Source of the DNA: Psammoneis japonica
Taxonomy: Eukaryota
Direction of reading: 5' to 3'
Length of the DNA: 64,000 nt
Assembly (NCBI GenBank): GCA_008632985.1
Contig: QPGO01000010.1
Coordinates: forward strand, 620,001-684,000
Under the pieces are notes generated by a model that saw only the letters and a program-made list of their open reading frames with translations, had not been told where the DNA came from and did no database searches. Shown here one piece after another: positions 33,527 through 44,667 of this stretch. Each line of letters starts with the position of its first letter. Position 1 is the stretch's first letter. A program made the translations under genes and the position numbers.

Positions 33527-35699
33527 TGCTCACAATGGTTGAATGCTGGCATGTTTGCACTCAATTCCTTGCAGGCTCCAGGCAAAAACAGTCAGTGATG
33601 GCTGGCTGGAGCCAATGTTGGATTTGTCCTCATTGACAGCTTTGGAGCTGTTCTCCCAGCAACACATTCTGTGTTGCTCATTTTGGGTGCATCCACAATG
33701 GGCACTGTTTGCTTCAAAGCTGTTTTCTGCAATGACGCTCTGTGTTGCATTGACAGAGCCCACTCCATTTCCTGTGCATTTGAAGCACTTGAGTGCACTC
33801 TGCAAAAAAAACCACTGCCAGCCCAGTTGGAAAGCAACACGCAGATTTTGTGCTTGCTTCTGCAGCACATCAGGCCTCAAATGCATTGAGCAATCCTCCT
33901 GGCAATGGATGGTTGGCTGTCAATGAATGAACCCTTGGTCAAACATCATGTGGGCTGGGTCATCTGATCTTGATGGCAAAGGACCCACAACCCAGTGGTG
34001 GTGTTGGAGTCTGGCGAAGAGTGCAAAGTTCTTGATGTGACAACATGAGTGTCAGTGCTTTGCCAGAGGGAGCACTGAGAATTGGAGCCAATCTTTTCAA
34101 ATCATGTGATTTAAAAGAGTGGAGCATGCAGTGGACACAGTTGTCACACCTGCTGGGCACTGATTGCCTTCTGTCTTTGACAACAGCTTGCACCAAGGAG
34201 ACTGTCTTTTGCTCCAACAATGTTGAAAATTGGATGGCAAACATGGCTGCAATCAAGCCAGTCAATGCAATCTCCCGCTGTTTTGGGCACCAAGCATGTG
34301 TCTCACCAGAAAGGTCCTTCAAACATTCTGTGAGTTCTGCCAAGGTGCCTGGATTTGGGGTCTCTGTGACAATGTGCGCGCAGCAATTGCGCACAATGTG
34401 AGTTGCTTCAAAAGAGAGGAGTCCCTGCAAAGCACACAAAAGCTGTGCATTGACCTGAGACTGCTCTTCTTCAGACAGGGTGGAGATTGAGGCAAGAGGA
34501 TGCACAGAGTGTGACAACAGCTGTGCAGTGGGAGCACCGCAGCAGCGCACCTGGAAGAGGTGCAGATTCTTTGCTGGTTTGCTGGTCTTCCCCTCATCTT
34601 TGGTGTGCCAACTTAGAAAGTTCCTGGTGGTCTTGCTCACCTGTTGCAGACAAAAGAGTGTGAGAAACAAGACAAAGAACAGTGATGGAATGCAGCCTTT
34701 CTTGCAATGTTCCTTGCACATCTTGCATGCAGCACTGCAAGCAAAGGACCCTCACCATGCTGCAAACCTTTTGCTGTGTCTGTGTGTGCCCATCACCCAA
34801 CTTGGCACTGACTTTGTAACCAACCACCGCACATGCTGTGATGACAGACTTTTGTCATCCCATCCTTGCCATCAGTGCATCCAAGGACACAAAGAGTGTG
34901 ATTTTCAGCATCCATGTGAACAACAGAGTCACAAGAAGTTTTGCAGCAGTGCCAGCACTGTGGCTCTTGATTCAAAAGTGCTTGGTCCAAGCTTTGCATC
35001 ACGAGCTCTCTTGTGTTTTTCAAAAGCAGCAAGCCAGAGCATGTGCATTTCCAGTTGAATCCAATGGCCACAGAGCTCAACAATCTGCAAACTGAGGAAC
35101 AAAACAATCTTCCCTGTGCCCCTGTCTTCATCATCCACCAGCCTGGGCTCCAGTTGAAACCAAGAGCCTTCTGTTGAGTTTTTGACAACCTTCCCCTTTC
35201 TGCTTCCAGCAAGGCAAGAGCTGTGTTTTTGGTTTGGAGCACTTTTCCACACATTTGACAGATGTGTGCTGCAGTCACACCACAGGAGGTTGCAAGCAAT
35301 CTTGGGAAGCACATGACCCCCAGCTGTTTCATCCCCAACCATTTGAGAGAAAAAGCACACTCTGGAAAGACAACACATCCACACAATGACTCATGTTTTC
35401 CCCTGTGCTGTGCCCAGCTCATGATGGTGCTTGGTGGGTGTTTGCCAAAACATCAAAAGAAGAGCGCCAATTGAGACACCTCCACAAAGCTCTGGTGATG
35501 CTGTGGCAACTCTCCAGTGACCACAATGTTGGCAGGCAGAACAAACAACCTTCACAGAAACAACTGAAGCAACAACAACTGCATGCCAACAACATTTCAA
35601 AACTCTCACCATCTGGGATCACCACAATCATGTTGCTCACCACCCCACCGCACCATGGTTTTGAAGTTAGAAGTTGTGAAGGTCTGCAGCATTGGAAGG

Positions 35700-37660
35700 G
35701 ACAGACATCTGGAGAAACATGTGGTGGGAAAGTTGCATGGAGCGCGCTTGTTGGGGATGGGGAGAGAAAGGTTGGGCCCAAAGTGTGGACAGACAGCCAA
35801 GAAGAGGAGTCATTGGCAACAGTGGGGTGGCAGAGAAGAAGAGCTTGGTGTGCAGAGAGATGGTTGGAGAGAGCAAAGCCAAAGTTGAGGCTGAGGATTT
35901 GAGAGGCCCAAAGTGGAGGGGTTGCAGTGTGACAAGAAGAGCCGAAGCGGTCCAGTGAAAGTTGTTTCCAGGTCACATTGGAGTGGGCAAGGAGGTTGGA
36001 AGAAGGTGTCAGCAGTGAGTTGGTGAAGGCAGAGAAGGATGCTTGAGGGTCAGAAAGGAAAGATGGGCTTGTCCAGGGTAGTTTGGGAGGAAGGGGTGGG
36101 ATGGAGGAAGATGTTGTGGTGGAAGTGCCGAAGAAGAAGATGTGGAAGTGATGTGTGATTCCACCAAGATGGTCGAATGTGAAAGGGAGGAGGAAAAATC
36201 AAGCTTGATTGACAGTGTTGACAATGTTGAAGCTGTGGGTGGATGATGCAGAACAACCAAGAAGCTTGTCCCATGTGCTTCTGAGGTGAGCCTCTTGCTT
36301 GATGGGTTTTCAGGGGTGAGCAAACCAGGTGCAGGAGGCGGGGGAGCTGGCGGTGCAGTGACATGAATGGCCAAAAATTGGTGAGTGGATGGGGCATTTT
36401 TTGGTGCAGAACTGGGGATGAGTTGAGCGCCAACATTGGCAGGGCATTTTGGGGGTGGTCGGCTGAGCGGCCTGGAGGATCAAGGCAGACTTGTTGGCAG
36501 GAACGGCACAGACCGCAAAGGGGGGGGGGGGGGGGGCTGGTGTTTCAATGATGGTGCAAACAGTGTTGCAAATGTGATTTGACAGTGGGCCCTTGTGCAT
36601 TTTGGAGCATGCAAAGGTGTGGTCTTGGCAAGGGTCTGGGCGAGTGTGGCCACATGGGCCCACTGGGCAACAGTGTTAGAGCAGATCGGAAGGGATCATT
36701 TGGAGGCGCAGCACGCGGACGAGAAGAAGTGTGAACAAGTTCGATGGGAGTCAGTTGGAGGCAGGGGCTTGGGCGGAGTGAAGGCACAGGCTTGTTGGCT
36801 GAGACAGCAGTGATGGAAGGACTGGTTGCATGGAAGGATCAACCAGGATCTGGGGGAGAGTGTTGTTCTTGTGATGGTGTGGGTGAAGGCGTTGTGCCAG
36901 ACCACACAGGTTGTGGTGTTTTTGACTGCATGTGCCAATGAGGTGAAAAGGAAGAAGAGTCAAATCAGAGGAGGATGGAAAATGTGACAGAGGGAAAGGT
37001 TGGAGCACCAGTTGGACCGTGAGCCGAGAGCAGCAGAGCGGCTCAATGGAAGATGGAAGACATCGCCGCCGGTGAGCGTGGGATGCCATGTTCAGCGTGG
37101 TGCGTGGATCTTGCAAGGAAAGTTGTGAGAGCTGGGATGGCAACAGAGGAGATGTCACAGCAGCCAACACTGCCCAATGAAATGGGCAGGCTGGCGATGA
37201 GTTTGGTGTCGGAGGGAAATGGGTTGGTGTGTTGGGTGAGATGGGCAAGAAGGAAGCATGGGGAGTGACCGATGATTTTGTCAGTGAAAGGAGATGCCCA
37301 TTGAAAAGGGGGCGGGAGGTCATTGGATTACACAAGGTTGCAGCATGCATCAGCTGATGGGAGATGGGCAATGGAAGGGATGGAGCACTTGCGGGAGAGT
37401 GTGCTTTGTGTTTGTTTGTCGGCGAGGCGGGCAGTGAGACATTGAAGGTCTGTGGCGAAGGAAGCAGCTTTGTTGTGGAGGAAGTTCATAGCAAAGGCGA
37501 ATGAGCCGATGGGTTGGCCGAGAAATCGAGCACCGGCGGTGATTTCAGGTTTGATGCGTGGGTCGTTGTTGGGATTAAGGAAGGCTTTGGAAAGGGCTTC
37601 GGCATCGGCGGGTAAAATAAAGGCGGTCGATGGGAGGAGAGGTGCGGATGGCTGACGCGC
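35700..37660 (-). mobile_element. 5'-truncated, decayed non-LTR retrotransposon (CRE-like: RT end plus CCHC/restriction-like endonuclease)
   Basis: GARFLGQPIGS (late RT motif), PCGH..DPCQDHTFAC..HICN (zinc knuckle), AIHVT (~AIDVT) and DRFGS. Multiple frameshifts. Confidence 0.7.
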
Positions 37661-37746
37661 GCAAGGCGTTGAGTGTCTGATGCGAGTGATCAGAGCATCG
37701 AGGCGAGTCTAAAGGCTCTAACAAACAACAAAGCCTTGTCCAGCTG

Positions 37747-39681
37747 ATGATATCTTCTAAAGCGTCATCCATTCAAGCTTTTCTTCTCCTTTCAATCGTT
37801 CAGTTGGTCCTTGCTGTTGGTGCATGGAGAGGAGGAAGTTCCATTGGAAGAAAACTGGTGACGACAATGAAAGCGATTCCCCCCAAGGTCGCAGAGCCCG
37901 AGATGAAACTTTGCTCTGTTCATCGTTCAGTTCCGTGTGGAGATGATGGTTCAAACCACATGATTCTGAAGGTTGTGTATGATGAAAATCGGCTCGCATC
38001 TGTAACGAGCGAACAAAAGATGCCCGTCGTTTTGTTTCTGAGCGGAGCAGACTGTTCTCACGAATCTTACATGTGGCTGGCCACTCGTCTTGCTCATGCT
38101 GGGTATTGCGTGGCGCTCTCATCCTGTGTAATGTCTGTTGGACCAAAGTCGTTTTTATTGTCTCACGTCTTTGACATGAGCATGCTCCAGACCTTGGACG
38201 GTTACAAACAAGGACCATCCAACGCAGGTATTGCATCCATTCTGAACGGCATCGAAGCTCTCAACTCTGATGAGGCATCCGTCCTGTCGGGCAAACTTGA
38301 TTTGAAGCGAGTCATAATTGGTGGGCACTCTGCAGGAGGACGAACGGTGTTGGACTTGGTTGCTTTTGATAATCCTTTTGAGCTTGTAGCGGCGTTTTCA
38401 TATGGTGCTTCTCTAGTGGTTTCCAACGCCATGTTTGCCCCTGTGGGCACTGTTGTCCCCCCTGAAGCCACCAAACCTCCACCTCTCTTACTTATGAGTG
38501 GGTCCGACGATGGTCTTTTGGCTGCTGCATCCAAAGCATCCGATGCCACTGAAAATATGCTGCGGACAATGAAGGAGGGCTTTCAGAAGAATCCGGGAGG
38601 TGACGTCGATCTCATAGTGTTCAAAGGCGCCAATCACATGATGTTCTCTTCGCCAGTCGATCCATCATGCGGTGCTGTTGCCAGAGACAGAAACGTCCCT
38701 CTGCAGGATGAAGGCGATGAGTTCCGTCGGGTCGTTGGTGACGTTATTTTGAACTTTTTGGCTAGTCACGGCCTCCCGAATAATGGCGGTATTGCGAACG
38801 ATAGACCACCGTTTCAACCAAGAATCCCATCCTCCATGGTGCATACGACGGATTCGATTCGGTCACAAGATAGCCAATCACCAGAATTGTCAATAATTGA
38901 CTTGGAGAATGAGCGGCAAGAAGAAGTTTGGAAGCAACTTTCGTCGGCCTTGGACAGTTGGATATCAAACGTAGTATCAGAGCTCGGATTGCTGCCGTCC
39001 ACAAGATTGGCCGATAATGTCAAACAATGGAAAACCACTCAAGGTGCTCAGTTCAATTTAACCGGAGCTATTGAAGCTTGGGATTCAACAAATGTCGATT
39101 GGGCTGTTCGGTATGGGAATACTATTGTGGGAGACAAGTTTGGCACAAGCGTGGGATTCAATGTGTGGCTCAATCCGACGCTGGACGTTCCCCATTTGAC
39201 TGTTCATGTGGGCGTTCGCAACAATCGTGCCACACTCATTGTAGACTATCTTCCTCGATGTGATCTTGCGATCAACCAGAAGTATCTTGAAACCTACTAC
39301 GGAGGCGACCGCTCGCTCGTTTGGTCGGAACTGCAAAAATCAAACCACGTACATCCATTCCCGAGCGTGGATCCTGCTCTACGTGCTCTTCAAAGTCCTA
39401 ATGCGTTGGCAATGTCGGTGTCACTTGGTCGGGGTGACGATGGTTCTGAAACTGAAGCAATTGATTCTCTGCTTGATATACTTGCTGACCACGTTACCTC
39501 TTGGATGGGATTTGTTCGCGACGCGACGCCATTGGCAGAGAAAGAATCTCAACTTATCGCTGAACGCGATGTCGCCATTCGACAGATACTGTGTGACCAC
39601 GAACGAGCGGCAGGAGAAGCCGTTATGGGCGTTGAACTTTCCTCGCTTCTTGCAAACAGTATGGCAGGATTTAGCCCCTGA
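37747..39681 (+). CDS. Chlorophyllase-like alpha/beta hydrolase fused to a red chlorophyll catabolite reductase (RCCR)-like domain, with signal peptide
   Basis: Hydrolase motifs PVVLFLSG, DLKRVIIGGHSAGG and GANH. C-terminal VDW..FNVWLNPTLDVPHL..VDYLPRCDL..YLETYY..PFPS..SPNA..ERD is the RCCR/ferredoxin-dependent bilin reductase pattern. Confidence 0.75.
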   Translation: MISSKASSIQAFLLLSIVQLVLAVGAWRGGSSIGRKLVTTMKAIPPKVAEPEMKLCSVHRSVPCGDDGSNHMILKVVYDENRLASVTSEQKMPVVLFLSGADCSHESYMWLATRLAHAGYCVALSSCVMSVGPKSFLLSHVFDMSMLQTLDGYKQGPSNAGIASILNGIEALNSDEASVLSGKLDLKRVIIGGHSAGGRTVLDLVAFDNPFELVAAFSYGASLVVSNAMFAPVGTVVPPEATKPPPLLLMSGSDDGLLAAASKASDATENMLRTMKEGFQKNPGGDVDLIVFKGANHMMFSSPVDPSCGAVARDRNVPLQDEGDEFRRVVGDVILNFLASHGLPNNGGIANDRPPFQPRIPSSMVHTTDSIRSQDSQSPELSIIDLENERQEEVWKQLSSALDSWISNVVSELGLLPSTRLADNVKQWKTTQGAQFNLTGAIEAWDSTNVDWAVRYGNTIVGDKFGTSVGFNVWLNPTLDVPHLTVHVGVRNNRATLIVDYLPRCDLAINQKYLETYYGGDRSLVWSELQKSNHVHPFPSVDPALRALQSPNALAMSVSLGRGDDGSETEAIDSLLDILADHVTSWMGFVRDATPLAEKESQLIAERDVAIRQILCDHERAAGEAVMGVELSSLLANSMAGFSP

Positions 39682-39836
39682 GGACCATCGTAAAGCAGGA
39701 CAAATGATTGCAATGAATGATTTGTATATCGCAGAAACATGACGGAAACTGACGGCCGTTCTACTTGACATGCTTTTGCTAATAATTCCGCTTATGATCC
39801 CCGCAGCTGGGCTTGTACGATATGGCTTACACTATC

Positions 39837-41543
39837 TCACTGGACGATCATCCCATTTGCCCTTACAAAAGCGGTGATGGACTCCCGACACAGGGGGCAT
39901 TTACGAAGGCCGCTGTGTGTCCCGAGGAGCTGGTTTATGTTGGCATGATTGACGCACTGGTGTCCGCAGGTGCAGATAATGGTATCCGCTTCCGATTCCA
40001 AATCAATGACGCAAGTTTCCGACTTGAAAACGGCGTTCAACGAATTGATTAGGGCCTTCCCTTCATTTTCAATCCATTCCTTTACTTCTGCTTCTAGTCC
40101 CTGCTCGATGGTTTCGTTGAGAGGAATGAACTTCATGTCTTCCCAGATTGACATGCACAGGACTGCGGGCTCCGACGCGTGGTCGTAGGCGTAGTCGCGT
40201 CCCGAAGAATAGCTTTGTACATTGACGTGCTCACCATAGGTCAATGATCCTGCCTGGGTAGATCCAACATCAACGTCCTTGGCAAGGGGTTGCATGAATG
40301 AAGCTTGCGCGGGCGTCGGTGGTGTGGCCGCGGTCAACTCACCTGGGATCCTTGCTCCCCCGGCACAAGACTCATGTTCAAAGTCGATAGCACGCCCCGC
40401 ACCACCACGCGAGGCGACGGCACGCCCTGTATTCCTAGTAGGACGCCGCCTAGGATACATTGGACGCACGACATTGTTAGGCTCATCTTCAAAGTCGATT
40501 GCACGCCCCGCACCACCACGTGAGACGACAGCACGCTCTGTAGCACTACCAAGGTCGATTGCACGCCCCGCACTACCAATGCTCAAGTATCTATCTCCGG
40601 GGTCCGCATCTCTAGACCTGCTTCTACTATGCTCATCATTAAGTGCCCCGCGTAGAGGACCACGCATGCGCGAAGGAGAAGGATCGTCGATGTGTTGGCG
40701 AGCTGAGGGCGGTGCCGCACGACGGGCGTGGTTGACCCTGCCCACACCATTACTAAGACGCATCATACGGTACATGGGACGCACGTCGTTATCTTCGTCT
40801 GGTGATGGACGCCCGACCGCGCCGTCTATTGACAGCCCAGGGCTACCGGCAAGCGCACATCCGGCTAGGATTGGCCGCGGCGGAGACACCTGTGACCGAG
40901 GCAAGCGGCGCACGAAACCTGGTACAACCTTCCAGATTGTACCTTCCGCAAATTTGTTGACCATGAATCTACAGCCTTTTTCTGGAACGACTGACAAGAA
41001 AAAGTAGAGCCCTTCCATCTTGTTGTCAGACTCGCTCTCCTGAACTGTTACTGCAACCTGCTTTTCCTGGCGACCGGAAGGTTCTTTAACCATTTTTGTC
41101 ATGCCGGCGAGGACCATTTTCCGGTTGCTTCGTTGATCTGCTGTTATTGTGTATGACTCATTGGGATGTAACTCATTTACTTCATTAACACCATAGGACG
41201 GTCCTGGATCGACGCTTGAGACGCGATGAGGGGTATGAAGAATGTTAAAATTGATTCCTCCTTGATCCGATAAGTTGGATATTGTAAATTGGAACACCTG
41301 GTCTGGCATATTCAGCATACCCTGAAAATACTGTTCCTTAGCTTCATGAGGAGAAGGTCTACCAGTAAACATACTCATACACCCCATGTCTTGGGTAGAG
41401 AGAGTCAGTGCTGCGAGAGGAGTTCGCGTCTTGCGCGAGAAGAGCACCATTGTGCTGCGAGCGTAGACCGCCTTGTACGATTCCAATAGAAAACCTTTTT
41501 GCCTCGTGCTTCCGCATTGCTCAAAGAAACGTGAATTTAACAT
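39837..41543 (-). CDS. Protein with a C-terminal RING-like finger and an internal repeat (GxAGRAID x3)
   Basis: CVID...CTCGHQC...CPLCR at the C-terminus. tcgat(a/t)gcacgccccgcac is repeated at 40385, 40495 and 40555. Confidence 0.75.
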   Translation of the reverse strand: MLNSRFFEQCGSTRQKGFLLESYKAVYARSTMVLFSRKTRTPLAALTLSTQDMGCMSMFTGRPSPHEAKEQYFQGMLNMPDQVFQFTISNLSDQGGINFNILHTPHRVSSVDPGPSYGVNEVNELHPNESYTITADQRSNRKMVLAGMTKMVKEPSGRQEKQVAVTVQESESDNKMEGLYFFLSVVPEKGCRFMVNKFAEGTIWKVVPGFVRRLPRSQVSPPRPILAGCALAGSPGLSIDGAVGRPSPDEDNDVRPMYRMMRLSNGVGRVNHARRAAPPSARQHIDDPSPSRMRGPLRGALNDEHSRSRSRDADPGDRYLSIGSAGRAIDLGSATERAVVSRGGAGRAIDFEDEPNNVVRPMYPRRRPTRNTGRAVASRGGAGRAIDFEHESCAGGARIPGELTAATPPTPAQASFMQPLAKDVDVGSTQAGSLTYGEHVNVQSYSSGRDYAYDHASEPAVLCMSIWEDMKFIPLNETIEQGLEAEVKEWIENEGKALINSLNAVFKSETCVIDLESEADTIICTCGHQCVNHANINQLLGTHSGLRKCPLCRESITAFVRANGMIVQ

Positions 41544-41881
41544 GACAGGATTAAGAATCTTTTCATTTGCTGTGGTTAGTGGTGTTGATCTTGATCGTCT
41601 TCAATTTTATGCGGTGATTCGATTCTTTCGGTGGGAGTGGTGGTCGCGGGAGAGAGCAAACGCGAACTTGAAGTTGAGTCGTGCCACGAAGTAAACAGAG
41701 CGCTAAAGTTTCAACACAGGCTGGAAGGACCAACGCACGGAATACTCGACGACCGACTTGACGACGACGGCTTTGAGCTTGCTACTAGCTAGAGGGCTTG
41801 TCGTTTGGCGACGACGCGAGAACTTCTTGCTTTACAGTTTTGTAGAGAACATCTTCACACAACTCAGCAATCAGAAGTTGG

Positions 41882-42764
41882 CATGACCGGAAAGATAAGA
41901 AATTTCCTGCTCTTTTTTGTCGTCACACCTTGGTCTTCGACTTCATTTGTTCTTCTTTCAAGCGACGGAGACGCATCACGTCACGATCGACAAAGCTACG
42001 GTATTTCTTCATCAATGTTGCCTCCCCTTCCTTCTGGCAAGACTCTTCAGCTTCTCACATCTCCAAGCAGTGGGTTGTTGGGTGGTACCTTGTGGCCTGC
42101 TGCTGTTTTTCTGTGCTCATATCTGCTGGAGAACCGGCAAGACCTTTCATTGAGCAGTGCCAATTGCATTGAACTCGGATCGGGAACGGGGGCGGTTGGA
42201 CTGTATGCAGCGGGTCTTGGAGCGGCACGTGTCACTCTTACGGATTGTCGCCCACCCCCAGATTCTGCAATGTACACGACGGATGGATCATCTTCTCTAC
42301 CAGCGGAAGGCAGTGACGACATCCTGAAACTGTTGAAGAAGAATGTTGAGGCCAACAAAGGGGCTTTTCCAAACAGCATCCCACGCGTTATGGAGTTGGA
42401 CTGGACGAACCAAGATCATGTCACGGAATTGGCGAGAAATGGAGGTTACGACATTGTGTTGGCGAGTGACGTGACACACTTTAGCATGATGCATCAGCCT
42501 TTGGCTGCTGCAATTGCTCGGCTATTGCGACCGAACGTTGGTAGGTGTCTCTTGTCTCACCAAGAGCGCATGGTAGATTTAAAAGGCATCGACATGCAGC
42601 TCCATCAGTTCCAATCTACGGCGGAGTCTGTTGGCCTTGGTGTCGAACATGTGCCTTGTCCTTCCTCGCCGCTGCCTCGTGGTGCCGAGTCGCAGGCTCG
42701 TGGTATCAGGACGTCAATACTGCTGTTGCGTCGCATTGATTCTGACTCTACGTTGCATACTTGA
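41882..42764 (+). CDS. SAM-dependent methyltransferase (METTL21/family-16-like), with signal peptide
   Basis: Motifs GGTLWPAA, IELGSGTGAVG, LTD, ELDW and YDIVLASDV. The ATG at 41882 is followed by a hydrophobic segment. Confidence 0.85.
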
Positions 42765-43013
42765 CAGCAGAGATTGCACATGCAAAATCAGGCATAAACA
42801 CGGATATTATTACAAGGTGCCTTACGGCTGGCAGACGGCGCTTATAAGTACATTCTGGTGCCTGATCGTTTCACACGGCCTGTTGGTTTCTCTGTGGTGT
42901 ACAGTATGGAGATGTCACGCGAAGTTTCCGTTCAAGGCTGAACCACCGTTTGTCATTCTATTCAGTTGCACCAGCAGACTGATACAGGACGCCTTCATTT
43001 TGGAGATGTGGTT

Positions 43014-44165
43014 TCAACCCTGAGTTGCAATGGTAAAGTTATCAAACCCGAGATCTCGATTTCCCCAACCCGTCTCTTTCAAAAAATCACCAAAGTTTGT
43101 CAACAGATTTGGGAATTCCTCCTTCAACGCATCAATATCTGTGGTTTCCGTTGTTGTACGGTAGAATCTAATTTGCTGAAACAAGTCACGAAAGAACAAG
43201 CGCGCCATAAACGCAAAGAATCGACTCTGTTTATGAACGCAGGGCGAATCCTGTGCCTTGGCAAACGCCGCAGCAATATCTGAAGCAGACAAGGCATCAC
43301 CGGCCTATGCACAAAAAGAAAAATTGTGAGAATGCTACTAAGTCGCCGTGATACACGATACGCTGGTTCGCCGCCGTGGACTTACCACGTTGATGGTGCG
43401 ATTTCCAAAAGCGTCGGGTTGCAAGAGACATGCTCCTGCCAATCGTCCCATATCCCTGACAGATGTGAGATAGATTCGTCGATCCGGTTTGACAGAGAAT
43501 GGAAAGCTCCCCTTGAGAATAGCTGGCCGAGTGTACTTTTTCCACAATTCTTCCATGAAAAGGTTAGCACGTAAGCTTGTAAATTTAATATCGTCTTGGA
43601 ATGCGTCATAAAATACTTGTTCTGAATCTTGCTTTTGTTGAGCGCGATCCAGTCCGTGATTTTCTTCACCAACAGCTGAATTGTATACAACGTGTTGAAT
43701 TTTCTTGTCCTTCTTGTGAGCTTCAACAATAGCCGCTGCTACATTTCTTGCAGAGCTGATTTCGTTCGTATCAAGCTCTTTTGTGTCGCTCGAGAGTGAA
43801 TGGACGTAGCATCCCCAGCAGCCATCCATGGCTTGCACAAGAGAATCGCGATCGTCCAAGTTTGCTTTGCACAAGTCAAATCCCATGTCTCTCAATGGGT
43901 CAAGCGACTCCTTATCAGGATTTCGCGACGCTAATCGAATCTGTTGCGGAATGTAACCTACATCCAAAAATCCATTCACCGCCCGATTGCCAGTACCACC
44001 AGTTGCACCCACCAAAAGGATCTTGCCTGTATTGGGTGGCTTGGGTAAGGATGACATTGCTTCTGCTCCTATGCATCCTGCTCCAAGAAAATACAGATTA
44101 TGTGACGCGAGGAATGCCCATATGAATAGGCCGGCATGACCATGACAGTAAAGGGATGACACCAT
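43014..44165 (-). CDS. NmrA-like NAD(P)-binding protein (intron 43305-43385)
   Basis: Motifs LLVGATGGTG, HVVYNS, LRANLFMEE and SVRDMG. The gtaag...tag splice continues AGDALSASDIAAAF to TGA at 43014. Confidence 0.85.
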
Positions 44166-44667
44166 TATCAAAAAACGAGCTGTCGGAAGTCGGAATAATG
44201 ATGTTGCTGGTTTGTTGTGTGAGAATTCTCGTGTCAGTTGCCGTTTCCAGTCCACGTGGTACAAAAGGTGTGTATGTAAAAGCTACGTCCTTTCATACTA
44301 ACAAAAACTCCCTCCAACCCTTGAGCCCAAAATTTAAAAAAAAATCGCAGAATACCAAGGTCGTACAGTAGGATTCTACAGTACAGTACGTGATTGTCAC
44401 AACGAACAGAAGATGCATGCACGAGCAAAAGAATTCTCACAAACTGGGGGACGTTCGAAGAAAGTTACGTAGAATTTGTACTAAAACAGTCTGTCAATCA
44501 GTGCGATTGGGTATTTGGGACCTCTGGACAGATCCTACGTGTTTTCTTGTGCGTACAAATTGTACTGGGAAAACCCCCAAACGCACTGGCGATCAGACCG
44601 CCTTCGACGCTCTCACTTCCAAAGACGCCCCCCCAAACGCGCTGTCATGAGTGTCATTGCATCGATC

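Larger units (their letters stand above)
28630..37480. other. TpA-depleted hypermutated block, graded at both edges, with a spared island at 33111-33430
   Basis: TA is nearly absent over about 9 kb. Survivors are mostly TTAA/CTAG/TTAG. The block contains decayed TEs. Confidence 0.9.

Noticed and set aside
29900..37400. Many long overlapping Cys/His/Gln/Met-rich ORFs here and in the other TA-poor blocks, resembling metal-binding proteins
   Set aside because: Loss of TA removes TAA/TAG stops and converts Tyr to Cys/His, so these ORFs are by-products rather than genes.
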